Assembly (NCBI GenBank): GCA_018399615.1
Contig: JAGYNT010000001.1
Coordinates: 468-64,467, forward strand
DNA: 64,000 bases
Reading direction: 5' to 3'
Source of the DNA: Acholeplasmataceae bacterium
Lineage (GTDB): Bacteria > Bacillota_I > Bacilli_A > Acholeplasmatales > Acholeplasmataceae
The notes beneath the pieces were generated by a model. That model worked only from the letters and a program-made list of their open reading frames with translations, searched no databases and was not told the origin of the DNA. Each line of letters opens with the position of its first letter. The first letter of the stretch is position 1. Shown piece after piece: positions 44,960-55,251 of the stretch. The position numbers were made by a program, and so were the translations under genes.

Positions 44960-46000
44960 ATGGAAAACAAACCTTTACGCACTTTTTTTATGAAAACGAT
45001 GAACGGCATGACCTATGGCCTGTTCGCAACCCTGATCATCGGCGTCATCATTCGCCAGTTCGGTTTATTGCTCGATTTGGAAATACTTTATGACACGGTT
45101 TTCCAACGACTCGCCGGTCTCATGGGTGCAGGAATCGGTTTGGGTATCGGACTGTCATTGAAAATGGATGGTCTCAAGCTCGTGGTTGCGGCGATCATCG
45201 GTGGTATCTCGACGAGCTTTCGCTATTCTTTCGACCAAGGACTCGAACTCATCATGAACAACGAGCCTTTGACGGTTTACGTCACGGTCGTCCTGGCGCT
45301 TTTGGCTCTGAATTTCATATTGAAAAAACGAACGCCTTTCGATATCCTCCTCGTGCCCCTTCTCGGGATCACGTTGGCCATCGTCATTACGCTTTTGGTC
45401 AGTGCCCCGATCCGTTTCGTCGTCTTGAACATTCAGGACTTCATCGTGCACGCAACCGTTTACGCACCGTTTTTCATGAGTATCACGATCGCGGTGATCA
45501 TGGGGATGCTGTTGACATCGCCGATTTCAAGTGCGGCTATCGCGATTACTCTCAAACTCAGTGGGTTGGCGGCCGGTGCCGCCGTCGTCGGTACGACGGC
45601 GCAGATGATCGGGTTCGCCATCCAGTCGCGAAGGGACAACAACATCGGCATGATGCTTTCGATCGCTTTTGGAACATCCATGCTGCAGTTCAAGAACATC
45701 CTGAAAAAACCGATAATCTGGTTGCCGACCATCATAACATCGGCGATTCTCGCCCCGTTCTTCGTCTTGGTGTTGAAAACGACGACGACGAGCGAAGGCG
45801 CAGGCATGGGAAGTTCGGGTCTCGTCGGACCCTTGCAGACACTGGCCGATATGGATTACGGCATGGAAGCCTGGCTTTCGGTTTCTCTGATGCTTGTTTT
45901 GCCCGTTGTTCTCGTTTATGTGATTGATCTTCTGTTCACGAAGAAGGGTTGGATCGTTCAAGGCGACTTGGGAATCTATAACGATATTTCAGAAAAATGA
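44960..46000 (+). CDS. PTS EIIC-like (PTS_EIIC_2-type) polytopic membrane protein
   Basis: MENKPLRTFFMKTMNGMTYGLFATLIIGVIIRQFG... is glycine-rich and has ~10 helices. The family call is from memory of similar N-termini only. Confidence 0.5.
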   Translation: MENKPLRTFFMKTMNGMTYGLFATLIIGVIIRQFGLLLDLEILYDTVFQRLAGLMGAGIGLGIGLSLKMDGLKLVVAAIIGGISTSFRYSFDQGLELIMNNEPLTVYVTVVLALLALNFILKKRTPFDILLVPLLGITLAIVITLLVSAPIRFVVLNIQDFIVHATVYAPFFMSITIAVIMGMLLTSPISSAAIAITLKLSGLAAGAAVVGTTAQMIGFAIQSRRDNNIGMMLSIAFGTSMLQFKNILKKPIIWLPTIITSAILAPFFVLVLKTTTTSEGAGMGSSGLVGPLQTLADMDYGMEAWLSVSLMLVLPVVLVYVIDLLFTKKGWIVQGDLGIYNDISEK

Positions 46001-46076
46001 CAAAAGTATTCTATATCAGTCCAAACTGTGATAAAATATAACCGATATTTTCATATAAAAAAGAAGAAAGTGGTGG

Positions 46077-46793
46077 ATGATCATGAAAAAACGTGTTGAA
46101 AACGGTCCGTTCGGCAAACTGCTGCGCACGATCGGATTTATCGCCGTACTCGTCGGTGCGCTCTATATCGCAACGAAGCTCGTCTTGAACCCCGCTCACG
46201 CCGAGATTCCTTTTATCGGAAACTTGGTCGAATTCGCGGAGATGGTCGATGAACAACTCGTTCACGTATCCTTTCTCAATGACACGGCCTATGTTTTCCT
46301 GGCCTTGGTCGCGGGATTCCTGCTCTTGCTGTGGGTTATTCGAAAGGGTCTCATATTGCGTGTCCTGTTGACCGCCCTGCTCGTTGTCGGTTTCATCCTC
46401 GATGCCGCCGCCGGACAGAGTTTCCTGGCACCGATCGTCGTCGTTCGTCCCGATTGGCTGATCGATCTTCTCGCCAGTCTCGAAGACCAGATCAATGAGC
46501 TCAAGAGCTTAAGCGATTACATTGTTCCCGGCATCAGTCTCGCAACGGCTTTCTTTCTTTGGATTCTCTTTTCCTACAAGAAACCGAAGCGGATCTCGAC
46601 ATTTCTGCTAAGTGGTGCCTCAACGCTTTTGTTTCTGGCGATTCTCATGAATTATGCCGGTAACACCTTTTTCTCGGATCTGCTCGAACCCGGAAAGATC
46701 GGGGAAACGGTAATGGTCATTCTCTATCTCGGCGCCTATCTGGTCATGATCGCCGGCTCCGTCTTCGGAATTCTCGGCTTTGGCCGCAAGTGA
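46077..46793 (+). CDS. Hypothetical polytopic membrane protein
   Basis: 238-aa ORF with ~6 hydrophobic segments, coding-like composition, and a terminator downstream. Confidence 0.6.
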   Translation: MIMKKRVENGPFGKLLRTIGFIAVLVGALYIATKLVLNPAHAEIPFIGNLVEFAEMVDEQLVHVSFLNDTAYVFLALVAGFLLLLWVIRKGLILRVLLTALLVVGFILDAAAGQSFLAPIVVVRPDWLIDLLASLEDQINELKSLSDYIVPGISLATAFFLWILFSYKKPKRISTFLLSGASTLLFLAILMNYAGNTFFSDLLEPGKIGETVMVILYLGAYLVMIAGSVFGILGFGRK

Positions 46794-46808
46794 TTCGAAC
46801 ATGAACAG

Positions 46809-46835
46809 CGCCCGTCTGATGACGGGCGTTTTTTT
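46809..46835. terminator. Bidirectional terminator
   Basis: CGCCCGTCtgatGACGGGCGTTTTTTT lies between convergent genes and overlaps the cls stop codon. Confidence 0.8.
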
Positions 46836-48312
46836 ATAGGAGCGGTGCGAACCCCCGCAACAATGTCTGTACGAGTCGATAGAAGATGTTGTGTTTGGCC
46901 AAAGATTCGGCAAGAACGGATTCGACTTCCGTTTCATGATAGTAACGAAGCATGTCCTCAATGACGGGATCACGGTCGTAATAGATGCTGTTTTCAAAGT
47001 GGAGATAGAGACTTCTGAAGTCGAAGTTGGCTGTTCCGAAAAGCGCTCTTTTCCGATCGGCGATGAGCATCTTGGAGTGAATGAACCCGGGTTTGTAGCG
47101 GTAGACCTTGACGCCGGATTCGATCAATTCGGGGATGAAACTTTCGGTAACCATGAGAATGAGTTTCTTGTCCGGGACGAAAGGGATGATGATCCGCACA
47201 TCGATGCCCGATTTGGCGGCATTCGTCAAAGCCGTCGTGAGTTCGCTGTCGATGATCAGATACGGTGTCGTGATGAAGATGAACTCGTTCGCGTTGGCGA
47301 TCAGGGAGAGATAGATGTTTTTGGTCGTCAATTCCTGGTCGAGCGGCATGTCGTCAAAGGGAATGACATGTCCCTCACTCTCGTGTGTGATGTTTCCTTT
47401 GTAGCGGTTATAATCGATCTGTTCCTTGCTTTGGAAGCGCCAGTTTTCCAGAAACGTCAGGACCAAAGACCAGACGGCATCACCCTCGAGTCGGACCATG
47501 GCGTCACGCCAATGCCCGAAGGGATGGACGAGATTGATGTACTCATCACTGATGTTCATGCCGCCGGTATAACCGATGTCGCCGTCGATGACGACGATCT
47601 TGCGGTGATCACGATAATTATTCATGAAATTGATGTGCAGACGCATCGGATTGAAGTTGATGACTTCGAAACCTTCGGCCCTGAGCTTCCTCGGATAACG
47701 ATAGGGAAGCGAAAAACTACCGAAATCATCGTAGATGATCTTGACTTCGACTCCGGCAAGAACGCGTTCCCGAAGCACCCGGTGGATCCGATCCCACATC
47801 TGGCCCTTGCTGATAATGAAGAATTCGAAAAATATATAGCGTTCAGCTCTTCGCAAGTCATCGATGAGTTGCTCGTAGAAGCTTTCACCGGACGGGATGA
47901 AGGTTGATTTTGTATTGCGGTATGAAGCGTATCCGAAGCGCTCGAGATAGGTTGCGTTTTTATCCTGTTTCATCGGATTGACCGATATGTGATTCATGCG
48001 GTCGATCGTGATGGATCGCATATGTTCGAGCGTTTTCGGGTTGATGTTCCGTCTCCTGTAAAACAGATAGAATAAACCGCCGAAAAGCGGGAAAACGAGA
48101 ATGGGTACGATCCAGGAAAGCTTGTAGATCGGGTTTTCTTCCTTGGTGATCAGGTAGATCGCAATGATGACGCTGAGGATATAGAGAATCGTCGATACGA
48201 ATTGAAAGCGAGAAATATAGGCGATCAGCATGAGGAAAAGCAGAACCTGAAAAAGCAAAAGAAGAAGGATGAGAGCCGTACGGCTCAAAAGCAGTCTGAG
48301 AAGACGTTTCAT
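46834..48312 (-). CDS. cls: Cardiolipin synthase
   Basis: Two PLD HKD motifs (HRKIVVIDGDIGYTGGMN; HSKMLIADRKRALFGTANFD) and N-terminal TM helices. Start chosen at MKRLLRLLLSRT..., directly after the yaaA stop. Confidence 0.9.
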   Translation of the reverse strand: MKRLLRLLLSRTALILLLLLFQVLLFLMLIAYISRFQFVSTILYILSVIIAIYLITKEENPIYKLSWIVPILVFPLFGGLFYLFYRRRNINPKTLEHMRSITIDRMNHISVNPMKQDKNATYLERFGYASYRNTKSTFIPSGESFYEQLIDDLRRAERYIFFEFFIISKGQMWDRIHRVLRERVLAGVEVKIIYDDFGSFSLPYRYPRKLRAEGFEVINFNPMRLHINFMNNYRDHRKIVVIDGDIGYTGGMNISDEYINLVHPFGHWRDAMVRLEGDAVWSLVLTFLENWRFQSKEQIDYNRYKGNITHESEGHVIPFDDMPLDQELTTKNIYLSLIANANEFIFITTPYLIIDSELTTALTNAAKSGIDVRIIIPFVPDKKLILMVTESFIPELIESGVKVYRYKPGFIHSKMLIADRKRALFGTANFDFRSLYLHFENSIYYDRDPVIEDMLRYYHETEVESVLAESLAKHNIFYRLVQTLLRGFAPLL

Positions 48313-48316
48313 GGGA

Positions 48317-49033
48317 TCATTCACCATCCTTGACGAACACGTATTCACGATCATCTGAGTGCGTTTTCGAGTAACGAAAACCGTCGATAACGATTTCCTT
48401 CAGCAAGTGGACGTCCTCGATTCGCTTTTCGACGATCATGCGAGCGAAGGCGCCGCGCATGCGCTTGGATTCCATGCTCGTTGTACGCAATTTGTCTTTG
48501 TAAAGGGATTTGAAAGAAATCGTCAACATGTCGAAATCCGAAAGAACGCTTGAAAATTCCTGTGAAGCGAGATTGACGATGACCTGGTCTTTCACGTTCT
48601 CGCCGACGTATTCCGACAACTTCGGACGCCAGAAATCATAGAGGTTTCCGAGCATGCGATCCTTGTAATCGAGACGGTAGAAAGAGATGCCGTCCAAGGG
48701 CTTCAAAATCCCGTAAAGCGCGGAAAGAATACGGATGTGCTTTTCGGCATAAAGGAGATCGTTTTCGGAAAGAGATGCGGCATGAAACGCTTTGTAGGCC
48801 GCACCGTGATAGGTATGGATCGCCGGTTGTATGTTTTGTCCGTATGTCTGTGCGTATTCGACAACATCTCTTGCAATCTTCTTCGATACCTTCATGTCAC
48901 GTTCGATTTCATCGAGGGTTTTTCCTCTGATTTTCGAGTAAAGTTCCCGTGCCTCATCCGCAAAAAACGGCAATTGCCGGTGCATGCGATGAGTCCTTTG
49001 GAACGTCTTGGCGGGAGATAGGATGATCATCAT
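48317..49033 (-). CDS. yaaA: YaaA/UPF0246 (DUF328) peroxide-stress protein
   Basis: MMIILSPAKTFQRTHRMH... RBS aggagg lies 7 nt before ATG 49033, and the track ORF is over-extended to 49144. Confidence 0.85.
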   Translation of the reverse strand: MMIILSPAKTFQRTHRMHRQLPFFADEARELYSKIRGKTLDEIERDMKVSKKIARDVVEYAQTYGQNIQPAIHTYHGAAYKAFHAASLSENDLLYAEKHIRILSALYGILKPLDGISFYRLDYKDRMLGNLYDFWRPKLSEYVGENVKDQVIVNLASQEFSSVLSDFDMLTISFKSLYKDKLRTTSMESKRMRGAFARMIVEKRIEDVHLLKEIVIDGFRYSKTHSDDREYVFVKDGE

Positions 49034-49115
49034 ATCGGGGCCTCCTGTTTTCACGCTCTTATTATACCAAAAAGACGAAAAAAGTGTTAGAATGGTTATA
49101 TGCAAGGAGGTATCT

Positions 49116-50564
49116 ATGAACACCCGCAAACTGAACTTGCTCATGGATTTTTATGAGCTTACCATGGCCAATGGCTACTTCAAGGATGGCCGACACGAAG
49201 ACATCGCCGTTTTCGACGTTTTTTTTCGTTCGATACCCGATCATGGCGGATACGCCATTTTCGCCGGTCTCGAACAGATCATCGACTATATCGAACACTT
49301 GTCCTTCGATTCAAAGGAGATCGACTATCTTCGCTCGATGGACATTTTCGAAGAAGGTTTTCTCGAATACCTGAAAAATTTCCGATTCAGTTCCGACTTG
49401 TACGCCATGAAAGAAGGGACGCCGATCTTCCCCAAGGAGCCCGTCATCGTCTGCAAGGGTCCGATCATCGAATGTCAGCTGATCGAGACGATGTTGCTGT
49501 TGTCTTTCAATCATCAGAGCCTGATCGCCACCAAGGCGGCCCGGATCGTCAAGGCCGCACAGGGTAGACCGATTCTCGAATTCGGGGCCAGGCGCGCCCA
49601 CGGCTATGATGCGTCCATCTACGGCGCACGTGCCGCCTATATCAGCGGCGTCTACGGAACATCGAACACCTATGCGGGATACATCTATGATATTCCCGCA
49701 CTCGGAACGATGGCACACAGCTACGTCCAGAGTTATCCGAGCGAGTTCGAAGCTTTTCGCGCCTATGCCATGACCTATCCCGATCAGGCCGTGCTTCTTG
49801 TCGATACGTATCAGACGCTTGAATCCGGGGTTCCCAATGCGATTCGCACCCATAAGGAAATTCTCGAACCACTCGGATACCGATTGAAGGGCATTCGTCT
49901 TGACAGCGGAGATCTGACCTATCTGTCGAAGTGTGCACGAAAGATGCTCGATGAAGCGGGGATGACGGATACGACGATTACCGTTTCGAGCTCACTCGAT
50001 GAATATCTGATCAAGGAACTCCTTCATCAAGGTGCGAAAATCGATTCGTTCGGAGTCGGTGAGAGACTCGTCACCGCGCGGAGCGAAGCCGTATTCGGTG
50101 GCGTATTCAAACTCGCTGCGATCGAAATGAACGGCGTTCTTACACCGACGATCAAGATCAGCGACAACGTCGACAAGACGACGGTGCCCGCTTTCAAACA
50201 GGTCTATCGCTTCTATAACGAGCACTGCATGATGATCGCGGATGTCTTGACGCTTTCCGATGAGACGATCGATCCGGAACAACCGTATCGGCTCTTCGAC
50301 CCGCATTTCCCCTGGAAAAGCAAAACGATTGCCGGTTTCCAGGTCGAACCGCTTTTGCAACCGATTTTTAAAGGTGGAAAACGCGTCTACGATCTGCCCT
50401 CTCTTGAAGAAATCCGGGCTTATTCGACCAAGCAGAAATCCTATCTGTGGGACGAAGTGACACGCTTGGAAAATCCGCATCGATACTACGTCGACCTGTC
50501 GCAGAAGCTCTGGGATATTCAGCAGGAACTCATTTCATCCCACAAGAATCCGAAAAGTACATGA
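49116..50564 (+). CDS. pncB: Nicotinate phosphoribosyltransferase
   Basis: MNTRKLNLLMDFYELTMANGYF...LEFGARRAHG...GTMAHSYVQS...GIRLDSGD. RBS aaggagg is present. Confidence 0.9.
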   Translation: MNTRKLNLLMDFYELTMANGYFKDGRHEDIAVFDVFFRSIPDHGGYAIFAGLEQIIDYIEHLSFDSKEIDYLRSMDIFEEGFLEYLKNFRFSSDLYAMKEGTPIFPKEPVIVCKGPIIECQLIETMLLLSFNHQSLIATKAARIVKAAQGRPILEFGARRAHGYDASIYGARAAYISGVYGTSNTYAGYIYDIPALGTMAHSYVQSYPSEFEAFRAYAMTYPDQAVLLVDTYQTLESGVPNAIRTHKEILEPLGYRLKGIRLDSGDLTYLSKCARKMLDEAGMTDTTITVSSSLDEYLIKELLHQGAKIDSFGVGERLVTARSEAVFGGVFKLAAIEMNGVLTPTIKISDNVDKTTVPAFKQVYRFYNEHCMMIADVLTLSDETIDPEQPYRLFDPHFPWKSKTIAGFQVEPLLQPIFKGGKRVYDLPSLEEIRAYSTKQKSYLWDEVTRLENPHRYYVDLSQKLWDIQQELISSHKNPKST

Positions 50565-51109
50565 AAACGGCAGAGAAAGTGATTCACATCGTGCTCTATG
50601 AGCCGGAAATACCCCAGAATACCGGAAATATCATGCGTACGGCGGTCGCGATCGGTGCGAGACTGCATCTGATCGAGCCACTCGGATTCAAGATCGATGA
50701 AAGACGTCTCAGACGCAGTGCGCTCGATTACTATGCGGACATCGATTACGAGATCCATCCGGATTACGAGTCGTTCAGAGAAAAGAACGAAGGCAGTTTT
50801 TTCTTTTTGTCGCGTTACGGGAAAAAGACGTATTCAACGATCGACTTTTCTTCCGTGACACAGCCGATCTATCTCATTTTCGGCAAAGAATCCTCAGGCG
50901 TCGACCGGACGCTGCTGGCATCGAATCTCGATCGTTGTTTTCGAATTCCGACCACCGACAAAGTACGTTCGTTGAACCTCGCGAATGCGGTCGCGATCGT
51001 CACATACGAAGTCGAGAGACAGTTGGACTTTCCCGGTCTTTGCAAAACGGAACCGGAATCCAAAAAGGGTCCGGATTTTCTCGATCAATTTCTAGGAGAT
51101 AAACCATGA
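50561..51109 (+). CDS. trmL: tRNA (cytidine/uridine-2'-O-)-methyltransferase TrmL (SpoU family)
   Basis: IHIVLYEPEIPQNTGNIMRTAVAIGARLHLIEPLGF...LIFGKESSGV...SLNLANAVAIVTYE. The ATG overlaps the pncB stop. Confidence 0.85.
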   Translation: MKTAEKVIHIVLYEPEIPQNTGNIMRTAVAIGARLHLIEPLGFKIDERRLRRSALDYYADIDYEIHPDYESFREKNEGSFFFLSRYGKKTYSTIDFSSVTQPIYLIFGKESSGVDRTLLASNLDRCFRIPTTDKVRSLNLANAVAIVTYEVERQLDFPGLCKTEPESKKGPDFLDQFLGDKP

Positions 51110-51765
51110 AAATCAATCACGAACAGACGGTCGGCGAAGAAATCGCCAATGCGATATCGCATGGCGTCATGGCGATCTTCGGCGTCGTCGCGCTCATCCT
51201 TCTCCTGATTAAGAGCACGTCCGCGATCGAAGTGTTCGCCGCCTTCATTTTCGGATTCGGGATCATCATACTCTATACGATGAGCACCCTCTATCATGCT
51301 TTGACCAACCGTACGGCCAAGAGTGTCATGCGTCGTTTCGACCATTTGTCGATCTATCTCTTGATCGGCGGGACGTTCGCGCCTCCCTTGTTGTTGCTGC
51401 CGGGTCTGAGGACACCGTTTCTCGGGATCGAAGGCATGCTCGATACCGGACTCACGCTTTTTATCGTTCAGTGGGTATTGATTGCGACCGGTGTCGTTTT
51501 CAAAAGCATATGGATCAAACGATTCGCCAAAATCCACCTTTTCTTTTATCTTGCGATGGGTTGGAGTTCGCTCGTTTTCATCCGAGCGCTGATGAACTAC
51601 GATTCGAGGGCATTCTATTTCGTTCTCTTCGGAGGGATCGCCTACAGCATCGGCGTCATTTTCTATGTTATGCCGCGGATCCGGTATTTCCATTTTGTCT
51701 GGCATCTCTTCACGAGCATCGGAACGGTATTGCAATTCGTGGCGATCTATGCCTTCCTCTACTAA
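51106..51765 (+). CDS. Hemolysin III / PAQR family membrane protein
   Basis: Seven TM segments: EEIANAISHGV...STLYHAL...RFDHLSIYLLIGGTFAP...HLFTSIG. Confidence 0.85.
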   Translation: MKINHEQTVGEEIANAISHGVMAIFGVVALILLLIKSTSAIEVFAAFIFGFGIIILYTMSTLYHALTNRTAKSVMRRFDHLSIYLLIGGTFAPPLLLLPGLRTPFLGIEGMLDTGLTLFIVQWVLIATGVVFKSIWIKRFAKIHLFFYLAMGWSSLVFIRALMNYDSRAFYFVLFGGIAYSIGVIFYVMPRIRYFHFVWHLFTSIGTVLQFVAIYAFLY

Positions 51766-51789
51766 TATGAATATAAATTCACATACCTA

Positions 51790-51818
51790 TTGAATAAAAC
51801 GCGAAAATACGATATCAT
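51790..51818 (+). promoter_or_regulatory. Promoter TTGAAT-17-TATCAT upstream of ackA
   Basis: TTGAAT is at 51790-51795 and TATCAT at 51813-51818. Confidence 0.55.
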
Positions 51819-51841
51819 AAATACGAAGGAGCGAGATAAAT

Positions 51842-53014
51842 ATGAAAATCATAGCAGTAAACGCCGGTAGTTCATCGTTGAAATTCCAGTTGCTCGACAT
51901 GCCCGAGGAACGTCTCATCGCCCAGGGACTCGTCGAACGCATCGGTTTCGATGAAGCCGTATTCACGATTAAGTTCAATGGCGACAAGATCAGTTCGACA
52001 CAGCCCGTAAGAAACCATAAAAAGGCCGTGGAACTCGTTGTCGAGGGACTGATCAAACAAGGCATCATTTCCACACTTGAAGAAATCGACGGCGTCGGTC
52101 ACCGCGTTGTTCAAGGTGGGGAACTGTTCAAGGACTCGGCTTTGATCGATGACGAGGTCATCGAAAAGATCGCCAGTCTGAATGACCTGGCCCCGCTTCA
52201 CAACCCGGCAAACATCACGGGAATCGTAGCTTTCAGGAAGGCTTTGCCGGACGTTCCGCAAGTCGCCGTTTTCGATACGACGTTCCACCAGACCATGAAA
52301 GAAGAGGCTTTTCTTTATTCGACTCCCTATGAATGGTATGAGAAGTACGGGGTTCGCAAGTACGGTTTCCATGGGACGAGCCATCAGTATGTCTCAGAGC
52401 GCGCAGCGGTATTGCTGGACAATCCCAAAGCGAAAGTGATCGTCTGCCATCTCGGAAACGGCGTGTCTCTGTGTGCCGTTGACGGCGGGAAATCCGTCGA
52501 TACGTCGATGGGTCTGACGCCACTCGAAGGAATCCCGATGGGAACACGCAGCGGAAATGTCGACCCTTCGGTACTCGCGCTCGTCGCCAAGAAGGAAAAC
52601 CGGACGATGCATGAGGTCTTGGAAGACTTGAACAAGCGTTCGGGGTACCTCGGCGTCTCGGGTTTTTCCAACGATTCCAGGGACATCGTCAACGCCATGA
52701 ACGAAGGTGGAGAGCGGGCCGGATTCGCACACCGCATCCAAGTCAAACGCATCGCGGACTATATCGGCAGCTATTATGTCTATATGGGCGGACTCGATGC
52801 GATCTGTTTCACCGCCGGTATCGGTGAAAACGCACCCCAGGTTCGCGAAAGCATCCTTGAAGCCGTCAAAGTGCTCGGTGTGAGGATCGATCATGAAGCG
52901 AATGCGAAAAACGGCGAGCACGTCATTTCCACGAAAGATTCGACTGTCAAAGCGATCGTCATTCCGACCAATGAGGAAGTCATGATCGCCCGAGAGGTCA
53001 TGCGTTTCGAATAG
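51842..53014 (+). CDS. ackA: Acetate kinase
   Basis: MKIIAVNAGSSSLKFQLLDM...GHRVVQGG...FHGTSHQYV... Confidence 0.95.
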   Translation: MKIIAVNAGSSSLKFQLLDMPEERLIAQGLVERIGFDEAVFTIKFNGDKISSTQPVRNHKKAVELVVEGLIKQGIISTLEEIDGVGHRVVQGGELFKDSALIDDEVIEKIASLNDLAPLHNPANITGIVAFRKALPDVPQVAVFDTTFHQTMKEEAFLYSTPYEWYEKYGVRKYGFHGTSHQYVSERAAVLLDNPKAKVIVCHLGNGVSLCAVDGGKSVDTSMGLTPLEGIPMGTRSGNVDPSVLALVAKKENRTMHEVLEDLNKRSGYLGVSGFSNDSRDIVNAMNEGGERAGFAHRIQVKRIADYIGSYYVYMGGLDAICFTAGIGENAPQVRESILEAVKVLGVRIDHEANAKNGEHVISTKDSTVKAIVIPTNEEVMIAREVMRFE

Positions 53015-53030
53015 ATCCGATCGTTTCAGG

Positions 53031-53058
53031 CGAGTACTCGAGGAGTGCTCGTTTTTTT
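53031..53058 (+). terminator. Rho-independent terminator after ackA
   Basis: CGAGTACTcgaggAGTGCTCGTTTTTTT. Confidence 0.75.
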
Positions 53059-53134
53059 CATGGAAGAACGTATGGGAACCCTATGATTACGATTCGAATT
53101 GTGCTAAAATGGTATTATTACAGGAGGGGTCTCG

Positions 53135-54493
53135 ATGAATGACCACATAAAAATCGGCGATATCGTTCGTTTGACCATCAGACGTCTTGGAATCAATGGA
53201 GAGGGCATCGGCTATGATCAGAAGATGGCCATTTTTGTCGATCACGCCCTGCCCAATGAGATCGTTGACGTCGAGATCCAGAACGTGTTTCACAATCGTG
53301 CGATCGCTTCGATCAAGACTATCATCAGAGAAAGCAAGGAACGCGTTACGCCGTTTTGTCCCGTGTTCGAACGATGTGGCGGATGCCAGGTTCAACACCT
53401 CGGCTATGAGCGGATGCTCGTCGAGAAAAGAGAGATTCTCGTTCAGGCGCTAGACCGCTATGTCTATCCCAAGGTCGATCACACCATCATCGGTCCGACA
53501 ATCCCTTCCCCCGCGTCCACCCACTACCGGAACAAGGCATCCCTGCCCGTCACGCGCGTCAACGGCAAGAACGTCTTCGGCATGTACGCGAAAGGATCGA
53601 ATTATTTCGTCAAGATCGATTCCTGCCCCGTTCAGTACGAACGGATCAATGAACTCCTGCAAATCCTGACGAAACTCATGGACAAGCACAAGGTTCACGC
53701 ACTCGACAACAAAAAACACGGGATGGTCAAATCGCTTGTCATCAGATATTCCAAATACAGCAGTCAGGCGCAAGTCACATTCGTTGTCACGCAGCGCGAC
53801 AAACGACTCGAAGCGCTCATACGTGAACTCACGGAGCGGGAAAAGGACGTCGTATCGGTTTTCTCGATCATCAAAGACGATAAAAACCGCCATGGGTTCC
53901 AATCCGATGACGTCTGGCACACATATGGAAAAGAATCCATCATCGAATCGCTCGATCATTTCGAATTCCAACTCCGTCCGGAAAGCTTCTTTCAACTGAA
54001 TACCGAACAGGCGACACACTTTTACCGGACGATGCGCAGAATGGCGAGACTGAAGCCCGATGAGATCGCCATCGATGCCTATGCGGGACTCGCACCGGTG
54101 AGTCACTATGTGGCAGGCGACGCCAAACAGATCTATGCGATCGAGATCGACCCGGTTGCCTGTGCCTACGCCAAGAAAAGTCTGCTCGAAAACCGCATAT
54201 CCAATGTCCGAATGATTCAGGGAGACTTCAAAAAAGCTCTCTCCGGTCTCAAGAAAATGAAGGTCGACGTCATGTTCTTCGATCCGCCACGGACCGGATT
54301 GGGGACGGAAACGATCGATCTGATCAAACGGATCGCGCCACAGCGCATCGTCTACGGTTCGTGCAATCCCTCGACGCTTGCCAAGGATATCAATCTTCTT
54401 CAGGAACAGTATGAGATGATCGAGTCAGTTCCGATTGACATGTTTCCGTATACGTCCCATGTTGAAAGTGTGAGTTTATTACACAAGAAATGA
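53135..54493 (+). CDS. rlmCD: 23S rRNA (uracil-5-)-methyltransferase, RlmCD/RumA family (paralog 2); last 6 codons supplied by inserted DNA
   Basis: TRAM domain (IGDIVRLTIRRLGINGEGIGY...), Cys cluster CPVFERCGGCQVQH, FFDPPRTG, and C-terminus DMFPYTSHVESVSLLHKK. Confidence 0.85.
   Translation: MNDHIKIGDIVRLTIRRLGINGEGIGYDQKMAIFVDHALPNEIVDVEIQNVFHNRAIASIKTIIRESKERVTPFCPVFERCGGCQVQHLGYERMLVEKREILVQALDRYVYPKVDHTIIGPTIPSPASTHYRNKASLPVTRVNGKNVFGMYAKGSNYFVKIDSCPVQYERINELLQILTKLMDKHKVHALDNKKHGMVKSLVIRYSKYSSQAQVTFVVTQRDKRLEALIRELTEREKDVVSVFSIIKDDKNRHGFQSDDVWHTYGKESIIESLDHFEFQLRPESFFQLNTEQATHFYRTMRRMARLKPDEIAIDAYAGLAPVSHYVAGDAKQIYAIEIDPVACAYAKKSLLENRISNVRMIQGDFKKALSGLKKMKVDVMFFDPPRTGLGTETIDLIKRIAPQRIVYGSCNPSTLAKDINLLQEQYEMIESVPIDMFPYTSHVESVSLLHKK
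54463..54475 (+). repeat. Direct repeat copy 1 (TGAAAGTGTGAGT), putative left junction
   Basis: Identical 13-mer recurs at 55645-55657. Confidence 0.8.
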
Positions 54494-54927
54494 GAGGATC
54501 AATTGTGAATCTGGATTTTGAAGATTTATCAATCCATAATAAAAACATATTCGATCAGATAAGAAATGATGAATCCATTAGAAAATTTATACATGTAGAT
54601 GATCATTATTACGATTACCTTCTAAGTTCAAGTCATATTCACTATAAGCTTATTAAACATAATCATCTATACGTAGGCGGTTTACATGTAGAACTAATTG
54701 GTGATTATGCAACTTTTTCTATAGAAATCATGACTCAAAATCAAGGAAAAGGGATTGGGAAGTGCATTATTGACTTGCTCAAACAGAATTTCCTTGATTA
54801 TAATATAAGGACTTATAAGGTTTATGTTGAGACACATAACACGAGTTCTATAGAGCTTTTTACGAAATCCGGATTTATGAAAACTAATGAAAAAGATAAT
54901 ATCACCGAGTATGTTTATCATATTTGA
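54490..54927 (+). CDS. GNAT-family N-acetyltransferase
   Basis: 145 aa with the acetyl-CoA motif ...IMTQNQGKGIGKCIIDLL... and ...NTSSIELFTKSGF... The ATG overlaps the rlmCD stop (ATGA); an alternative GTG lies at 54505. Confidence 0.7.
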   Translation: MRGSIVNLDFEDLSIHNKNIFDQIRNDESIRKFIHVDDHYYDYLLSSSHIHYKLIKHNHLYVGGLHVELIGDYATFSIEIMTQNQGKGIGKCIIDLLKQNFLDYNIRTYKVYVETHNTSSIELFTKSGFMKTNEKDNITEYVYHI

Positions 54928-54993
54928 TGCATTATTATAAATGTTATAGACGTACGCAATAACGTATGTTATAATCAATGTGGAGGCGATATT

Positions 54994-55245
54994 ATGTCAT
55001 ATACAACAAACATTACTAACGCAAGAAAAGACTTATATAAGTTAGCAGAGATGGCAATTGAAAATGGTGTTGAAATAAACATCAACACAAAAAACGGCAA
55101 TGTCATCATGATTTCTGAAGATGAATATAGAAGTCTTCTTGAAACACTATATTTAAGTTCAAATGAATCATATAAGAAGACAATTACTGATGGTCTTAAA
55201 ACTACTTACGAACAAACGATTGCTGAAGACAAAGTTAAGTGGTAG
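54994..55245 (+). CDS. yefM: Phd/YefM-family antitoxin
   Basis: MSYTTNITNARKDLYKLAEMAIENGVEININTKNGNVIMISEDEYRSLLETLYL... Confidence 0.85.
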   Translation: MSYTTNITNARKDLYKLAEMAIENGVEININTKNGNVIMISEDEYRSLLETLYLSSNESYKKTITDGLKTTYEQTIAEDKVKW

Positions 55246-55251
55246 TTTCAT